Part shown: piece after piece, positions 1 through 14,001 of the stretch
Numbering within the stretch: position 1 is the stretch's first letter
Layout: each line of letters begins with the position of its first letter
IMG/VR virus record: IMGVR_UViG_2802429218_000003
Span: 1-27,801 of that record
Origin: a virus
Taxonomy: Duplodnaviria; Heunggongvirae; Uroviricota; Caudoviricetes
Length of the DNA stretch: 27,801 bases
Strand: one strand, 5' to 3'
The notes under the pieces: generated by a model
What the model was told of the DNA's origin: nothing
The model's database searches: none
The model's input: the letters and a program-made list of their open reading frames with translations, nothing else
Position numbers and translations under genes: made by a program

Positions 1-45
1 ACATCGCCGGGCGTGCGCCAGAATCGCTGATTCAGTTTCTGTCAT
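1..45 (-). CDS. K: Tail assembly protein K, N-terminal fragment (runs off window edge)
   Basis: Minus-strand ATG at 43-45 followed by codons reading MTETESAILAHARRC, which matches the recalled start of lambda gpK; lies directly downstream of L as in lambda. Only 15 codons are in the window. Confidence 0.5.
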   Translation of the reverse strand, partial: MTETESAILAHARRC

Positions 46-49
46 GGAT

Positions 50-748
50 TTACTGCGAAAGTTTGTTAATGGAAAGGTAACCGCCAAAGTTGCCGAGGTT
101 ATTGCGAAACTTACAACCGCTCAGGCATTTGCTGCACTTATCCTTCGTGATATCGGACGTCGGCTGATCATATTCATCCGCGACCGCCGGACCGTGATAA
201 CCGCACTCATCGCCGCGATAGGTCCAGGTGCAGGTATTAGCCAGCATGATGCGCCCCGGAAAAACGGCACCATCCGTTTCCGTCGGTGTGGACAACACAA
301 AGGAGGCACTGACCGCGCTCAGTTCGCTGCACTGCTCGATGCGCCAGCGGCTGAGCACCTCCTGCTCCGGATCGGCGTCACTGTTTCCGTTGACGAAGTT
401 CACCGCATCCAGAAAACGGGCGTAAACCTTACGCCTGACCACCGTTCCGCCGACCAGACTCTGCAGATCTTCCGCCATACCGGTGACCATACCGTGCAGG
501 TTAGAAACCGTCAGTGTCGGACGGGCAGCACTGCCCTTGCCGTTCAGTTCAAATCCTGTCCCCTGAATGGGGTATGCCTGATACTGCCGCCCCTGCCAGG
601 TGACCGGCTCACCTTTTTCGTTCTGCTCATTACAGAAAAAATAACGTTCTCCACCGACCTCTGTCAGGTCGATTTCCCAGAGCACCACGCTGGCCGACTG
701 CTCCGCACGGGTGCATTCATTCAGTGTTTCCTGCCGGATATCCTGCAT
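50..748 (-). CDS. L: Minor tail protein L
   Basis: 232-aa ORF in the track; length and sequence match recalled lambda gpL; synteny M-L-K. Confidence 0.9.
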   Translation of the reverse strand: MQDIRQETLNECTRAEQSASVVLWEIDLTEVGGERYFFCNEQNEKGEPVTWQGRQYQAYPIQGTGFELNGKGSAARPTLTVSNLHGMVTGMAEDLQSLVGGTVVRRKVYARFLDAVNFVNGNSDADPEQEVLSRWRIEQCSELSAVSASFVLSTPTETDGAVFPGRIMLANTCTWTYRGDECGYHGPAVADEYDQPTSDITKDKCSKCLSGCKFRNNLGNFGGYLSINKLSQ

Positions 749-1077
749 CAGTTCACCACCTGTTCAAACTCTGCGCTGAACTCAACACGCAACATACTGA
801 CCCGCGACGACCATTTTGCGCAGGTCACCTTTATCTGCCGGTAGCCATAAGGCGGCGTCCACAGAAAGGCCTTCCAGCCCCCGTGCTCTGCCAGAAACGA
901 TTCCAGTGCCGTGGCCTCCTCGCGGGGAACAGAAAGCGTCACGCTGTACGTTTTCAGGTCGGCGTTCAGCCCGGCAGGCGCACGCTGAGAATAGCCATCA
1001 CCAAAGCGCACCTTTCTTACAGAAGGGGCCGAAGCCACATCCATACCGGGTTTCACTTTCCAGCGGAAGGTTTTCAT
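748..1077 (-). CDS. M: Minor tail protein M
   Basis: 109-aa ORF; matches recalled lambda gpM in length and sequence; overlaps the H stop and L start as in lambda. Confidence 0.9.
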   Translation of the reverse strand: MKTFRWKVKPGMDVASAPSVRKVRFGDGYSQRAPAGLNADLKTYSVTLSVPREEATALESFLAEHGGWKAFLWTPPYGYRQIKVTCAKWSSRVSMLRVEFSAEFEQVVN

Positions 1078-3653
1078 CGTCCACCTCCGGAGAACAGACC
1101 ACCATCGCGCATCTGCCCGGTCACAACATCCATTGCCGCCTTACGGGCTACGTCATAAACAGCTTTCAGTGCCTGTGGCCCTATCTGACCGTTCGTGCCG
1201 TCGTTGTTAATCACCACATGGTTATTCTGCTCAAACGTCCCGGACGCCTGCGAGCGGCTGTCCGCCATGCTGCCAGGTGTACCGACATAACCGCCGGTGG
1301 CATAGCCGCGCATCAGCCGGTAGAGATTTCCCACGCCAATCCGGCTGGTTGCCTCCTTCGTGAAGACAAACTCACCACGGTGAACAATCCCCGCTGGCTC
1401 ATATTTGCCGCCGGTTCCCGTAAATCCCCCGGTCGCAAAATAGAATTTCGCCGCAGCTGCCTGAATGGCTGTACCGCCTGACGCTGATGCGCCGCCACCA
1501 ACAGCCCCGCCAATGGCGCTGCCGATACTCCCGACAATCCCCACCATTGCCTGCTTAAGCAGAATTTCTGTCATCATGGACAGCACGGAACGGGTGAAGC
1601 TGCGCCAGTTCTGTTCACTGCCGGTCAGCATCGCCGCCATATTCTGCGCAATACCATCAAAGGTCTGCGTGGCTGCACTTTTAACCTGCGACATACTGTC
1701 CGTGGCGCTCTCTTCCCACTCACTCCAGCCGGACTTGAGGCCTGCCATCCAGCTCCCGCGAAGCTGGTCTTCAGCCGCCCAGGTCTTTTTCTGCTCTGAC
1801 ATGACGTTATTCAGCGCCAGCGAATTATCGCCATACTGTTCCTTCAGGCGCTGTTCTGTGGCTTCCCGCGCTGCCTGCCGGTCAGTAAGCCCCCGGTTTT
1901 TCGCCTCAATGGCTGCCCGTTTTGCCCGTTGTTGCTGTGCGAACTTATCCGCCTGCTGCGCCAGCGCATTCAGGTGCTCCTGATACGTGACCTTATCGCC
2001 AAGTACAGCCAGCTGGCGTTTGTACTCCAGCGTCTCATCTTTATGCGCCAGCAGGGATTTCTCCTGTGCGGACAGCTGGCGACGTTGTGCCGCCTCCTCC
2101 AGTACAGCGAACTGACTCTCCGCCTTCCACAAATCCCGGCGCTGCTGGCTGATTTTCTCATTCGCTCCGGCATGCTTCTCCAGCATCCGGAGTTCTGCCT
2201 GAAGCGTCAGCAGGGCAGCATGAGCACTGTCTTCCTGGCGATCGCCTGCAGACACTTTCACGCCGGACTGCTTCGGCTTTTTCAGCGTCGCTTCATAATC
2301 CTTTTTCGCTGCCGCCATCAGCGTGTTGTAATCTGCCTGCAGGATTTTCCCGTCTTTCAGTGCCTTATTCAGTTCTTCCTGACGGGCGGTATATTTCTCC
2401 AGCGGCGTCTGCAGGCGTTCGTAAGCCTTCTGCGCCTCTTCGGTATATTTCAGCCGTGATGCCTCAGACTCGGCCCAGTCCTTTGCTGCCATCTCTCTGG
2501 CCTTTTCAAGATCGGCCTGCAACGTGGCGGCTGAAAGCCCAAGTTGCGCATTCGCTCTGTCCTCCCATGCTCCCCGGAGATTGGCAAGAAATGCTGAGGT
2601 TTTACCGCGCCGGTGGCTCCGGCTCTGATACCACTGCCATTTTTTGTCCGCCTCATCAAAAGCCTTTTCTGCTTTCTCCAGCATTCCCTGGGCAGTGTCC
2701 GGGCGACCAATATCCAGCACCGAATCCCACATGGATTTGAATGCCCGTGCTGTCCTGTCTGCCCAGGTCTCCAGCGTGCCCATGTTCTCTTTCAGGCGGC
2801 GGGTCTGGTCATCAAACCCTTTCGTTGCGGCCTCGTTCGCCGCCTGCAATGCCCCGGCTTCATCTCCGGAACGCTGCAACTGAGCAACATACGCAATCTG
2901 CTCCGCCGTCACGTTATGGAACTGACGTGCCATCGCTGTCAGTCCCGACGTCGGGTCTGTGGTCAGCTTCCCGAAGGCTTCAGCGACCTTGTCCACCTCC
3001 ACGCCGGATGCAGAGGAGAAACGCGCCACACTCTGGCTGATCGCCTCAAACTGCTCACCACCACGCACACCGGCATTCACCAGCGCCGTCAGTGACTCGC
3101 TGGTCTGGTTAAACGTCAGCCCTGCCGCCTGCCCGGCTCTGGACAGGACCAGCATGCGATCTGCCGTCAGACCCGACTGATTGCCGGAAAGGACCAGCGT
3201 TTTGTTGAAATCGGACAGGGTTGAGTTGCCCTGATACCAGGCATACGCCAGCGCACCGGTCGCCACCGCCAGCGAGGTGGCCCCCACCATCGGCAGGGTG
3301 ATCGCACCGGCAAGCCCCCTGAACATGGGGATCATCCCGCCGAAGGAGTCCTTCACCTGACCACCCTGTTGCAGCAGGATCAGCCACGGACTTTGCCCGC
3401 CTGCAAGCTGCGTGGCCACGTCGGTGAACTGTGCAGGCAGCATACGCATGGCGGCTTTATACTGCCCGACGGAAATCCCCGCTTTCTGTGCAGCCAGCGC
3501 CTGTCGGCTCAGCGACTGTTCAACGACTGCCGCTGTTTTTTTCGCATCACTTTCCGTACCGGAAAAATGACGCCTGACTCTGGCCATCTGCTCGTCAAAT
3601 CTGGCCGCATCCAGACTTAAATCAACGACCAGATCGCCTACCGGTTCAGCCAT
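1074..3653 (-). CDS. H: Tail tape measure protein H
   Basis: 859-aa ORF with the lambda gpH N-terminus (MAEPVGDLVVDLSLDAARFDEQ), coiled-coil-rich middle and glycine-rich C-terminal region; lambda gpH is 853 aa. Confidence 0.95.
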   Translation of the reverse strand: MAEPVGDLVVDLSLDAARFDEQMARVRRHFSGTESDAKKTAAVVEQSLSRQALAAQKAGISVGQYKAAMRMLPAQFTDVATQLAGGQSPWLILLQQGGQVKDSFGGMIPMFRGLAGAITLPMVGATSLAVATGALAYAWYQGNSTLSDFNKTLVLSGNQSGLTADRMLVLSRAGQAAGLTFNQTSESLTALVNAGVRGGEQFEAISQSVARFSSASGVEVDKVAEAFGKLTTDPTSGLTAMARQFHNVTAEQIAYVAQLQRSGDEAGALQAANEAATKGFDDQTRRLKENMGTLETWADRTARAFKSMWDSVLDIGRPDTAQGMLEKAEKAFDEADKKWQWYQSRSHRRGKTSAFLANLRGAWEDRANAQLGLSAATLQADLEKAREMAAKDWAESEASRLKYTEEAQKAYERLQTPLEKYTARQEELNKALKDGKILQADYNTLMAAAKKDYEATLKKPKQSGVKVSAGDRQEDSAHAALLTLQAELRMLEKHAGANEKISQQRRDLWKAESQFAVLEEAAQRRQLSAQEKSLLAHKDETLEYKRQLAVLGDKVTYQEHLNALAQQADKFAQQQRAKRAAIEAKNRGLTDRQAAREATEQRLKEQYGDNSLALNNVMSEQKKTWAAEDQLRGSWMAGLKSGWSEWEESATDSMSQVKSAATQTFDGIAQNMAAMLTGSEQNWRSFTRSVLSMMTEILLKQAMVGIVGSIGSAIGGAVGGGASASGGTAIQAAAAKFYFATGGFTGTGGKYEPAGIVHRGEFVFTKEATSRIGVGNLYRLMRGYATGGYVGTPGSMADSRSQASGTFEQNNHVVINNDGTNGQIGPQALKAVYDVARKAAMDVVTGQMRDGGLFSGGGR

Positions 3654-4080
3654 ACCGGACTCCTCCTGCGATCCCTTCTGATACTGTCATCAGCATTACG
3701 TCATCCTCCGTCATGTCCGCCACATCCGGGGAAGCGGGGATAACTTCTTTCCCGTCCGGGCCAAAACGAACGCCTCCGGCAAGCCCTGCCGCTTTCTGCA
3801 TCAGCACATCATCTTCAGGCTCTTCGTCAGCCTCGCGCCGGTTCAGCAGACTGAAATCCAGCGGATGCATATCCGGATCGCTGAAAAACAGGCTGAGCAC
3901 GGTGTATGTCAGCCCGGAAAAGTGCATATCCAGCAGAACATCATGAAAATAATGGGTACTGTAAAAGCGGTGCCAGTCGGCATACTCCGTGGATGACATC
4001 CCGGCAAGCATGGCGCGCCAGTCGGGTCGCCCCATCTCACGCGCCAGTTTCAGGGCAAAACTCAGCTCACCGTCGAACAC
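3646..4080 (-). CDS. T: Tail assembly chaperone T frame (expressed as G-T fusion by -1 frameshift)
   Basis: 144-aa ORF in the -1 frame relative to G, overlapping the G 3' end; lambda arrangement with slippery heptamer at 4071-4077. Confidence 0.8.
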   Translation of the reverse strand: MFDGELSFALKLAREMGRPDWRAMLAGMSSTEYADWHRFYSTHYFHDVLLDMHFSGLTYTVLSLFFSDPDMHPLDFSLLNRREADEEPEDDVLMQKAAGLAGGVRFGPDGKEVIPASPDVADMTEDDVMLMTVSEGIAGGVRYG

Positions 4081-4484
4081 TTTCCCGCAGAAACAGGCTC
4101 TGCAGGCCCGGCGTCATCTGCCTGTTCAGGTGCATCATTCACAACAAACTCAGACATACCGGACAGACGCATTACCACATTTTCAGCCTGAGCAATTGCC
4201 TCTGTGGGCCAGGTGGTAAGCACTTCCTGCTCAATTTGTTTAACGGCTTCATTCATGGATGGCATCTTTGTCTTCTGCGGATGGTTATGCCACAGGGACA
4301 TCGCCACCAGAAAAGCACCGGTTCTGACGAGATCTTCCACGCTCACCTGTCGATTGACACTGGAGCCCGCCTGTTCTGCCTGTCGTTTCAGCAGGGCGAG
4401 ATGCTCAATACGCTGCAGGGCTGACAGTTCAGAAAGCGTGACGCTCACACCGTTATATTCAAATGATTCGGTTTTCAGGAACAT
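4062..4484 (-). CDS. G: Tail assembly chaperone G
   Basis: 140-aa ORF, same length as lambda gpG, located between V and T. Confidence 0.9.
   Translation of the reverse strand: MFLKTESFEYNGVSVTLSELSALQRIEHLALLKRQAEQAGSSVNRQVSVEDLVRTGAFLVAMSLWHNHPQKTKMPSMNEAVKQIEQEVLTTWPTEAIAQAENVVMRLSGMSEFVVNDAPEQADDAGPAEPVSAGKCSTVS
4071..4077 (-). other. Programmed -1 ribosomal frameshift slippery heptamer GGGAAAG (G to G-T fusion)
   Basis: Minus-strand sequence GGGAAAG sits near the end of the G reading frame where the T frame opens, as in lambda. Confidence 0.7.
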
Positions 4485-4499
4485 CGCTGACTCTCCGGA

Positions 4500-5240
4500 T
4501 TAACTGTCGGTGACGGTGATTTCTGCAACCGCAGCAAGTTCACCATTACCGGATACAACCGGAATGTTGACCTTGCCTGCAGCAACGCCGTTCACGGTGA
4601 TGGTCATACCGCTGACCGACACGGTGGCTTTTGTTTTATCCGCAGACACCGCACGGAAGCTCTTGTCGGTTGCGCCCTCCGGCTGGAATGCCACGGTCAG
4701 CGTGGTGCTCTGCCCTTTCACCACCGAAGTGCTGGCAGGCGTCACGGTCATGCCGGTTGCCGCTGTTACCGTGCTGCGATCTTCTGCCATCGACGGACGC
4801 CCCACGTTGGTGACTTTCACCGTGCGGGTGATCACTTCCTTCGCCGTCACCGCCTTACCGATACTGCTGACCCAGCCGCGGAACACATCGACCGTGCCGT
4901 TCGGGAAGCGGATTTTATAGGCACGGGTATCCCCTTCATTAAACCACGCCAGCAGCGCCTGCTGCCCCTGCTCTCCGGGCATCCACGCCAGCGTGAAGCT
5001 GGTATCTCCGGCGGATTTCTGACCCTGCCCGGTCGCGGTCCAGTCCGCATCTTCATCATCGAGATAACTGTCGTCACAGGACTCAGCGGTCAGTTCGCCG
5101 GGCGTCAGGTCTTTAACTTTTGCCAGACGCAACCAGTCAACGTCTGAAAGCGGATTCGCATAAGGGTTACCGCTCCCCTTATAAACCCACAGGGTGGTCC
5201 CGGCACCTTTCACCGGCATTGTAGGATTTGGTACAGGCAT
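4500..5240 (-). CDS. V: Major tail tube protein V
   Basis: Track ORF is 256 aa; the internal Met at 5238-5240 gives 246 aa beginning [10 protein letters not shown] (as lambda gpV) and has a GAGGA Shine-Dalgarno upstream. Confidence 0.9.
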   Translation of the reverse strand: MPVPNPTMPVKGAGTTLWVYKGSGNPYANPLSDVDWLRLAKVKDLTPGELTAESCDDSYLDDEDADWTATGQGQKSAGDTSFTLAWMPGEQGQQALLAWFNEGDTRAYKIRFPNGTVDVFRGWVSSIGKAVTAKEVITRTVKVTNVGRPSMAEDRSTVTAATGMTVTPASTSVVKGQSTTLTVAFQPEGATDKSFRAVSADKTKATVSVSGMTITVNGVAAGKVNIPVVSGNGELAAVAEITVTDS

Positions 5241-5247
5241 AGCGTCC

Positions 5248-5643
5248 TCACATTTCATAGGTAATGACATAAGTCAGATCGGCTGAACTCCACAGGCCCG
5301 CATCATCGTCGCGCCGGTAGTCATAGCCACTGGCCACCATACTGGTGATCAAATCTGACAGTGCCGGGACATCGCTCATCACCGGATAAATCCGGGACTC
5401 CATCCACGCATCCAGCTCTGAATCCGGCACCTGAGCAGGCAGGAAAACTTCAATATGCAACTCCGCCTGCCAGGTATCGCTGTCCAGCTCTTCGCCCGTG
5501 TATTCAGCGCCGGTGAGATAAACGGCAATTGCCGGAAAATCCGCCTCATCAAAAACAGCGGGGCGACCATCAAAAAGCGTCGCCCCGGTGTCATGCTTCT
5601 CCAGTGCATCCAGTACGGCTGCACGGAGTTCAGTATGTTTCAT
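5248..5643 (-). CDS. U: Tail terminator protein U
   Basis: 131-aa ORF, same length as lambda gpU; synteny Z-U-V. Confidence 0.9.
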   Translation of the reverse strand: MKHTELRAAVLDALEKHDTGATLFDGRPAVFDEADFPAIAVYLTGAEYTGEELDSDTWQAELHIEVFLPAQVPDSELDAWMESRIYPVMSDVPALSDLITSMVASGYDYRRDDDAGLWSSADLTYVITYEM

Positions 5644-6218
5644 CGCTTTATTACCATTCTCAGTTGATGCTGCAGCGCATAGCCCAGCTCTTTCGGAAGA
5701 CGTTCACGCCGTATCCGCTCAATATTCTGTTTAAACGCCGTGGTCAGCGGCACCGCCATCGGGATTTTCACCACATCAATGGGGTAACGGTTTTTCCCGG
5801 CCACACGCTGCATGACATGCCAGCGGCCATTTTTCAGTTGCTGAATAAACGCGCCGGGAATACGACGGTTTCCCACCACAAGCACGCTGCCGCCACCTTT
5901 CAGGGCTGAACGCTGCCCCTTTTTACGACGCCTGCGGCGGGACAGGACAACCCGCGCGTTACCCAGCCTGATGACGGGCAAATCCCCCCTGTTAACCCTG
6001 ATTCTGGCCTGCGGATTTTTAACCGTGGCCCTTTTCAGCCTGGCCCTTTCCTTTACCAGTTTCCGGCGTACCTTTGTCTCACGGGCAACCTGTGCCGCCG
6101 ACTGCGATATCGCGGATGAAGCAACGCGGTTAATGGCCATTGCGGCGGCACCAGGCACCGCCGTTTTGCTGATACGGCTGAGGTTTTCAACGGCCTGCTC
6201 AAGACCTTTTATGGCCAT
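5640..6218 (-). CDS. Z: Tail completion protein Z
   Basis: 192-aa ORF, same length as lambda gpZ, overlapping the U start. Confidence 0.9.
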   Translation of the reverse strand: MAIKGLEQAVENLSRISKTAVPGAAAMAINRVASSAISQSAAQVARETKVRRKLVKERARLKRATVKNPQARIRVNRGDLPVIRLGNARVVLSRRRRRKKGQRSALKGGGSVLVVGNRRIPGAFIQQLKNGRWHVMQRVAGKNRYPIDVVKIPMAVPLTTAFKQNIERIRRERLPKELGYALQHQLRMVIKR

Positions 6219-6229
6219 ACATCCCCCTT

Positions 6230-6583
6230 TCAGCGGCGACGGTTAACGGCAGGCGGTACGCCCCGCCCAAGCCAGAGATGACAGCTTCCACCATCATCCG
6301 GCGAAACCCGGTCTATCCAGAAGTTTTCCTCACCGATGGTCAGCGTGTCTCCACGCCGCAGCTGCCGCACCTCATCAGTCCGGACAAACAGGGACGGGCT
6401 GGAGCCTTCAACGCGCACACCCTGTCCGGCATAGCTGATATTTTCAGGGTCATCAAAAACACCACGTATCACAGCACCGGACTGCTCACCGGATGTCATG
6501 GTGGCTGACGTTCCCATGTACCCGCGTATCGTTTCATCGGCGCAGGCAATGGCAGCATCGAACAGGTTATCGAAATCAGCCAC
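6230..6583 (-). CDS. FII: Head-tail joining protein FII
   Basis: 117-aa ORF, same length as lambda gpFII; synteny. Confidence 0.9.
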   Translation of the reverse strand: MADFDNLFDAAIACADETIRGYMGTSATMTSGEQSGAVIRGVFDDPENISYAGQGVRVEGSSPSLFVRTDEVRQLRRGDTLTIGEENFWIDRVSPDDGGSCHLWLGRGVPPAVNRRR

Positions 6584-6594
6584 AGCGCCTCCCG

Positions 6595-6990
6595 TTATTG
6601 CATTCTGGCCAGGCCACGTTCTGTCATTTCGGCTGCCACACCGGCAGAGACACGAAACGCCGTTCCCGGCAGCACAAATGCCACAGGTTCATCCCGCGAG
6701 GCGTGAAGTGCATCAGTATGCAGCGTCACCAGTGCCACGACCGTGACCAGAGCAGCCGTATCAGTCACAGTACCTGGCTGCGCTGACACCACCTCATTTT
6801 CATGCCCGGTCAGCGCATTTTCCGGGCTGACAGACGTGTCCTGACCGGCAGCGTCATCCGTGTCATCAAGCTCCTCTTCCAGCTCTGCCACACGGAGCGC
6901 CAGTTCTTCTTTCGTCCCCGTCAGGCTGACATCACGGTTCAGTTGCTCACCCAGCACCTGAAGACGGGCAATCAGTTCATCTTTCGTCAT
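6595..6990 (-). CDS. FI: DNA packaging protein FI
   Basis: Internal Met at 6988-6990 with a GGAGGAG Shine-Dalgarno directly upstream gives 131 aa starting MTKDELIARL, matching recalled lambda gpFI; the track ORF (144 aa) extends further upstream. Confidence 0.85.
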   Translation of the reverse strand: MTKDELIARLQVLGEQLNRDVSLTGTKEELALRVAELEEELDDTDDAAGQDTSVSPENALTGHENEVVSAQPGTVTDTAALVTVVALVTLHTDALHASRDEPVAFVLPGTAFRVSAGVAAEMTERGLARMQ

Positions 6991-7031
6991 GGACTCCTCC
7001 ACAGAGAAACAATGGCCCCGAAGGGCCACGA

Positions 7032-8057
7032 TTACGCCAGTTGTACGGACACGAACTCATCAGGGTCAGCCAGCAGCATCAGCGGTGCTGACTGAATCAT
7101 AGTGAACTCACGCGCCGGATCGCCGGATGTCTTCCAGTTTTTCGGATAACGAGGAGACGCATTAATACCCTCACTCAATGCATCCGCATCCTGAATACAA
7201 CCATAGGTGCGCAGACCGCGTGCCTGAGTGTTCCCCAGTACCATCGTGTTGTCCGGCAGAAAGTTCTTTTTGACGCCGTTTTCCACGTACTGTCCGGAAT
7301 ACACGACGATGGCCACATCGCCATACATCCCCTTATAGGACACCGCTTTACCCAGGTCTTTTACCGCTGTCTCCAGCTCGGAATGAGAGCCGCGACGGGT
7401 ATCCAGCTTCTCCCTGACGGCTTTGAAGGAACGGAACAGCGCCCAGCCTTTCGGATCAAACACGATGATATTCACCACACCGCTGGCGTTCAGCGCGTAG
7501 GCTTCGATATCGTCGGTCGGGTCATACGTGGACTTGTCGCGATTGCTCCACTCCGTGCCGCCGGACTGTGTGATGTTATTCGCCTCACTGCGGCCCATAT
7601 CCACCTCAACCGGATCGAAGGCTTCACCGGTCATGGTGTATTTGCCCTTAAGCACGGCAGAAACGGCCTGCATCTCTTCGACCTGAGCAATGGCAAGCTC
7701 CTCGTCTCGCATGTTCTGCATGATGATGCGACGGCGGCGGTAAGCCGGGTCCGCCAGATTCTGTGGATCTTCATCCGGCAGGCGACGCAGGGTCATCTGC
7801 GGATTCACCTCATGCTTGGGCTTGACATATCCCGGTGTAAATTCAGAGGTGGAGCCGCCACGGGAACGGATAACCTCACCGGAAACAATCGGCGAAACGT
7901 ACAGCGCCATGTTTACCAGTCCCGGAATTTGTGAGAGATAGACTTTCTCCGTAGTGAAGGGATAGCTCTCACGGAAAAAGAGACGCAGAAACAGCGGATC
8001 AAACTTAAATTTCTGCTCATTTGCCGCCAGCAGCTGGGCGGTTGTGTACATCGACAT
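7032..8057 (-). CDS. E: Major capsid protein E
   Basis: Internal Met at 8055-8057 gives 341 aa starting MSMYTTAQLLAANEQ, the lambda gpE length and N-terminus. Confidence 0.9.
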   Translation of the reverse strand: MSMYTTAQLLAANEQKFKFDPLFLRLFFRESYPFTTEKVYLSQIPGLVNMALYVSPIVSGEVIRSRGGSTSEFTPGYVKPKHEVNPQMTLRRLPDEDPQNLADPAYRRRRIIMQNMRDEELAIAQVEEMQAVSAVLKGKYTMTGEAFDPVEVDMGRSEANNITQSGGTEWSNRDKSTYDPTDDIEAYALNASGVVNIIVFDPKGWALFRSFKAVREKLDTRRGSHSELETAVKDLGKAVSYKGMYGDVAIVVYSGQYVENGVKKNFLPDNTMVLGNTQARGLRTYGCIQDADALSEGINASPRYPKNWKTSGDPAREFTMIQSAPLMLLADPDEFVSVQLA

Positions 8058-8112
8058 AAAAAAATCCCGTAAAAAAAGCCGCACATGCGGCCTTTAGTGA
8101 TGAAGGGTAAAG

Positions 8113-8445
8113 TTAAACGATGCTGATTGCCGTTCCGGCAAACGCGGTCCGTTTTTTCGTCTCGTCGCTGGCAGCCTCCGGCCAGAGCACATCCTCATAA
8201 CGGAACGTGCCGGACTTGTAGAACGTCAGTGTGGTGCTGGTCTGGTCAGCAGCAACTGCAAGAATGCCAACGGCAGCACCGTCGGTGGTGCCATCCCACG
8301 CAACCAGCTTACGGGTGGAGGTATCCGGCATCAGCGGGGTCATTGCAGGCGCTTTCGCACTCAATCCGCCGGGCGCGGTTGCGGTATGAGCCGGGTCACT
8401 GTTGCCCAGCGGCTGGTAATGGGTAAAGGTTTCTTTGCTCGTCAT
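8113..8445 (-). CDS. D: Head decoration protein D
   Basis: 110 aa from the third Met ([12 protein letters not shown]...), matching lambda gpD. Confidence 0.9.
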   Translation of the reverse strand: MTSKETFTHYQPLGNSDPAHTATAPGGLSAKAPAMTPLMPDTSTRKLVAWDGTTDGAAVGILAVAADQTSTTLTFYKSGTFRYEDVLWPEAASDETKKRTAFAGTAISIV

Positions 8446-8454
8446 AAACATCCC

Positions 8455-9060
8455 TTACACTGGTGTGTTCAGCAAATCGTTAACGGCATCAGATGCCGGG
8501 TTACCTGCAGCCAGCGGTGCCGGTGCCCCCTGCATCAGACGATCCAGCGCAGTGTCACTGCGCGCCTGTGCACTCTGTGGTGCTGCGGCCAGAATACGGC
8601 GGGCCGTTTCCACGGTCATACCGGGGGTTTCGGCCAGCACGCGTGCCTGTTCTTCGCGTCCGTGAGCCTCCTCACAGTTGAGGATCCCCATAATGCGAGT
8701 GTTTTCTGCCGCAACCGCTGCGGTGATCTGCGCGTTCACGTCCGGCTGCGCAGCGCTGGCGTTCTCGCCCTCCGTCGCTGGCACCACGCCAGTAACGTCA
8801 GCCTGCGAAGCAGTGGCTGAAACAGTTGTTGATTGAGTCTCTTTGGTCATTCGCCCTCCTGAGAGACGGGATTTACGTGCATCCAGTGCATCACGCATAA
8901 CGGTGATCGCATCGGTGCTGTTGACAAGTTCATCAGCCAGTCCGGCATCAATGGCCTCCTGACCGCTGTACACTGCAGCCTCGGTATCCAGCACAGCCTG
9001 CACGGACAGGCCGGTATATGCCGACACCTTCTGCGCAAACATCCGGCGGGTTGCGTCCAT
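8455..9060 (-). CDS. Nu3: Scaffolding protein Nu3 (in-frame nested within C)
   Basis: Internal in-frame Met at 9058-9060 (MDATRRMFAQKV...) gives 201 aa sharing the C-terminus of C, as in lambda. Confidence 0.6.
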   Translation of the reverse strand: MDATRRMFAQKVSAYTGLSVQAVLDTEAAVYSGQEAIDAGLADELVNSTDAITVMRDALDARKSRLSGGRMTKETQSTTVSATASQADVTGVVPATEGENASAAQPDVNAQITAAVAAENTRIMGILNCEEAHGREEQARVLAETPGMTVETARRILAAAPQSAQARSDTALDRLMQGAPAPLAAGNPASDAVNDLLNTPV

Positions 9061-9754
9061 CCGGGACTGCAGTGTCTCCCGGACGTCATCCGGAAGATGG
9101 CTGTAGGGATTGCCATCCACCTTATGGCTGCCGCTGTAAATCAGCGTGATTTCCACGCCCTGTTTCTCCAGCGCAGCGCCGTAATTACTGTGAGCCATCA
9201 TGACGCCGATGGAGCCTGTCCGGGCGGTCTGCGTGACCAGACGCCGGGAGGCAGCACTGGCAAGCAGCTGACCTGCGCTGCAGTTCATGTCGTTGGCCAG
9301 CGCCCATACCGGCTTTATGTCACGCACACGGGCGATGATGTCAGCGCAGTCAAATGCCCCCGCCACCATTCCGCCTGGCGTATCCATATCGAGCAGAATG
9401 CCGTCCACCATCGGGTCACTGGCAGCCTGTTGCAGACGGGCGATAATGCCGTTGTAACCGGTCATTCCCGAATACGGCTGCAGCGCCCGCGTCCGGCTGA
9501 CCAGCGTACCGGACACCGGCAGCACGGCGATGCCGTTCATGACCTGATAACTGCGGGCCTGTCGTGGTCCGTCATCATCACCGGATAACGCCAGCGCCGC
9601 GGGTGCCTCTCCGGCAGTCAGGCTGTCGCCGGATACTGCATCCGTCAGGCGGCTGATCCCAAGCTGGCCTGCAAGCGCACAAAAGAAAACCCGCGCATAG
9701 GCGGGTTCAAGCATCAGCGGCTCATTAAAAGCCATGCTGGCAATATGCGGGAGA

Positions 9755-9774
<20 letters not shown>
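8455..9774 (-). CDS. C: Head maturation protease / scaffold protein C (GTG start)
   Basis: The track ORF (484 aa) includes an upstream extension; a GTG at 9772-9774 gives 439 aa (VTAELRNLPHIASMAF...), the lambda gpC length, and overlaps the B 3' end by 20 nt as in lambda. Confidence 0.85.
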
Positions 9775-13455
<3,681 letters not shown>

Positions 13456-13481
<26 letters not shown>

Positions 13482-14001
13482 TCAGCAACCCCGGTATCAG
13501 TTCATCCAGCGCGGCTGCTTTGTTCATGGCTTTGATGATATCCCGTTTCAGGAAATCAACATGTCGGTTTTCCAGTTCCGGAAAACGCCGCTGCACCGAC
13601 AGGGGGATCCCGTCGAGAATACTGGCAATTTCACCTGCGATCCGCGACAGCACGAAAGTACAGAATGCGGTTTCCACCACTTCAGCTGAGTCTCTGGCAT
13701 TCTTCAGTTCCTGTGCGTCGGCCTGCGCACGCGTAAGTCGATGGCGTTCGTACTCAATAGTCCCTGGCTGGAGATCTGCCTCGCTGGCCTGGCGCAGTTC
13801 TTCAACCTCCCGGCGCAGCTTTTCGTTCTCAATTTCAGCATCCCTTTCGGCATACCATTTTATAACGGCGGCAGAGTCATAAAGCACCTCATTACCCTTG
13901 CCACCGCCTCGCAGAACGGGCATTCCCTGTTCCTGCCAGTTCTGAATGGTACGGATACTCGCACCGAAAATGTCAGCCAGCTGCTTTTTGTTGACTTCCA
14001 T
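13456..14001 (-). CDS. Nu1: Terminase small subunit Nu1
   Basis: 181-aa ORF; sequence (MEVNKKQLADIFGASIRTIQNWQEQGMPVLRGGGKGNEVLYD...) matches recalled lambda gpNu1. Confidence 0.95.

Noticed and set aside
44-844. 266-aa plus-strand ORF overlapping the L gene
   Set aside because: Antisense to the well-supported lambda-type L gene, with no independent start context or recognisable sequence; typical spurious ORF in GC-rich phage DNA.
1465-3095. Multiple plus-strand ORFs (172, 176, 160, 126, 99 aa) inside the H gene
   Set aside because: All are antisense or out-of-frame within the tape-measure gene, whose minus-strand frame is continuous and lambda-like.
7383-7934. 183-aa plus-strand ORF inside the major capsid gene E
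   Set aside because: Antisense to E; no independent support.
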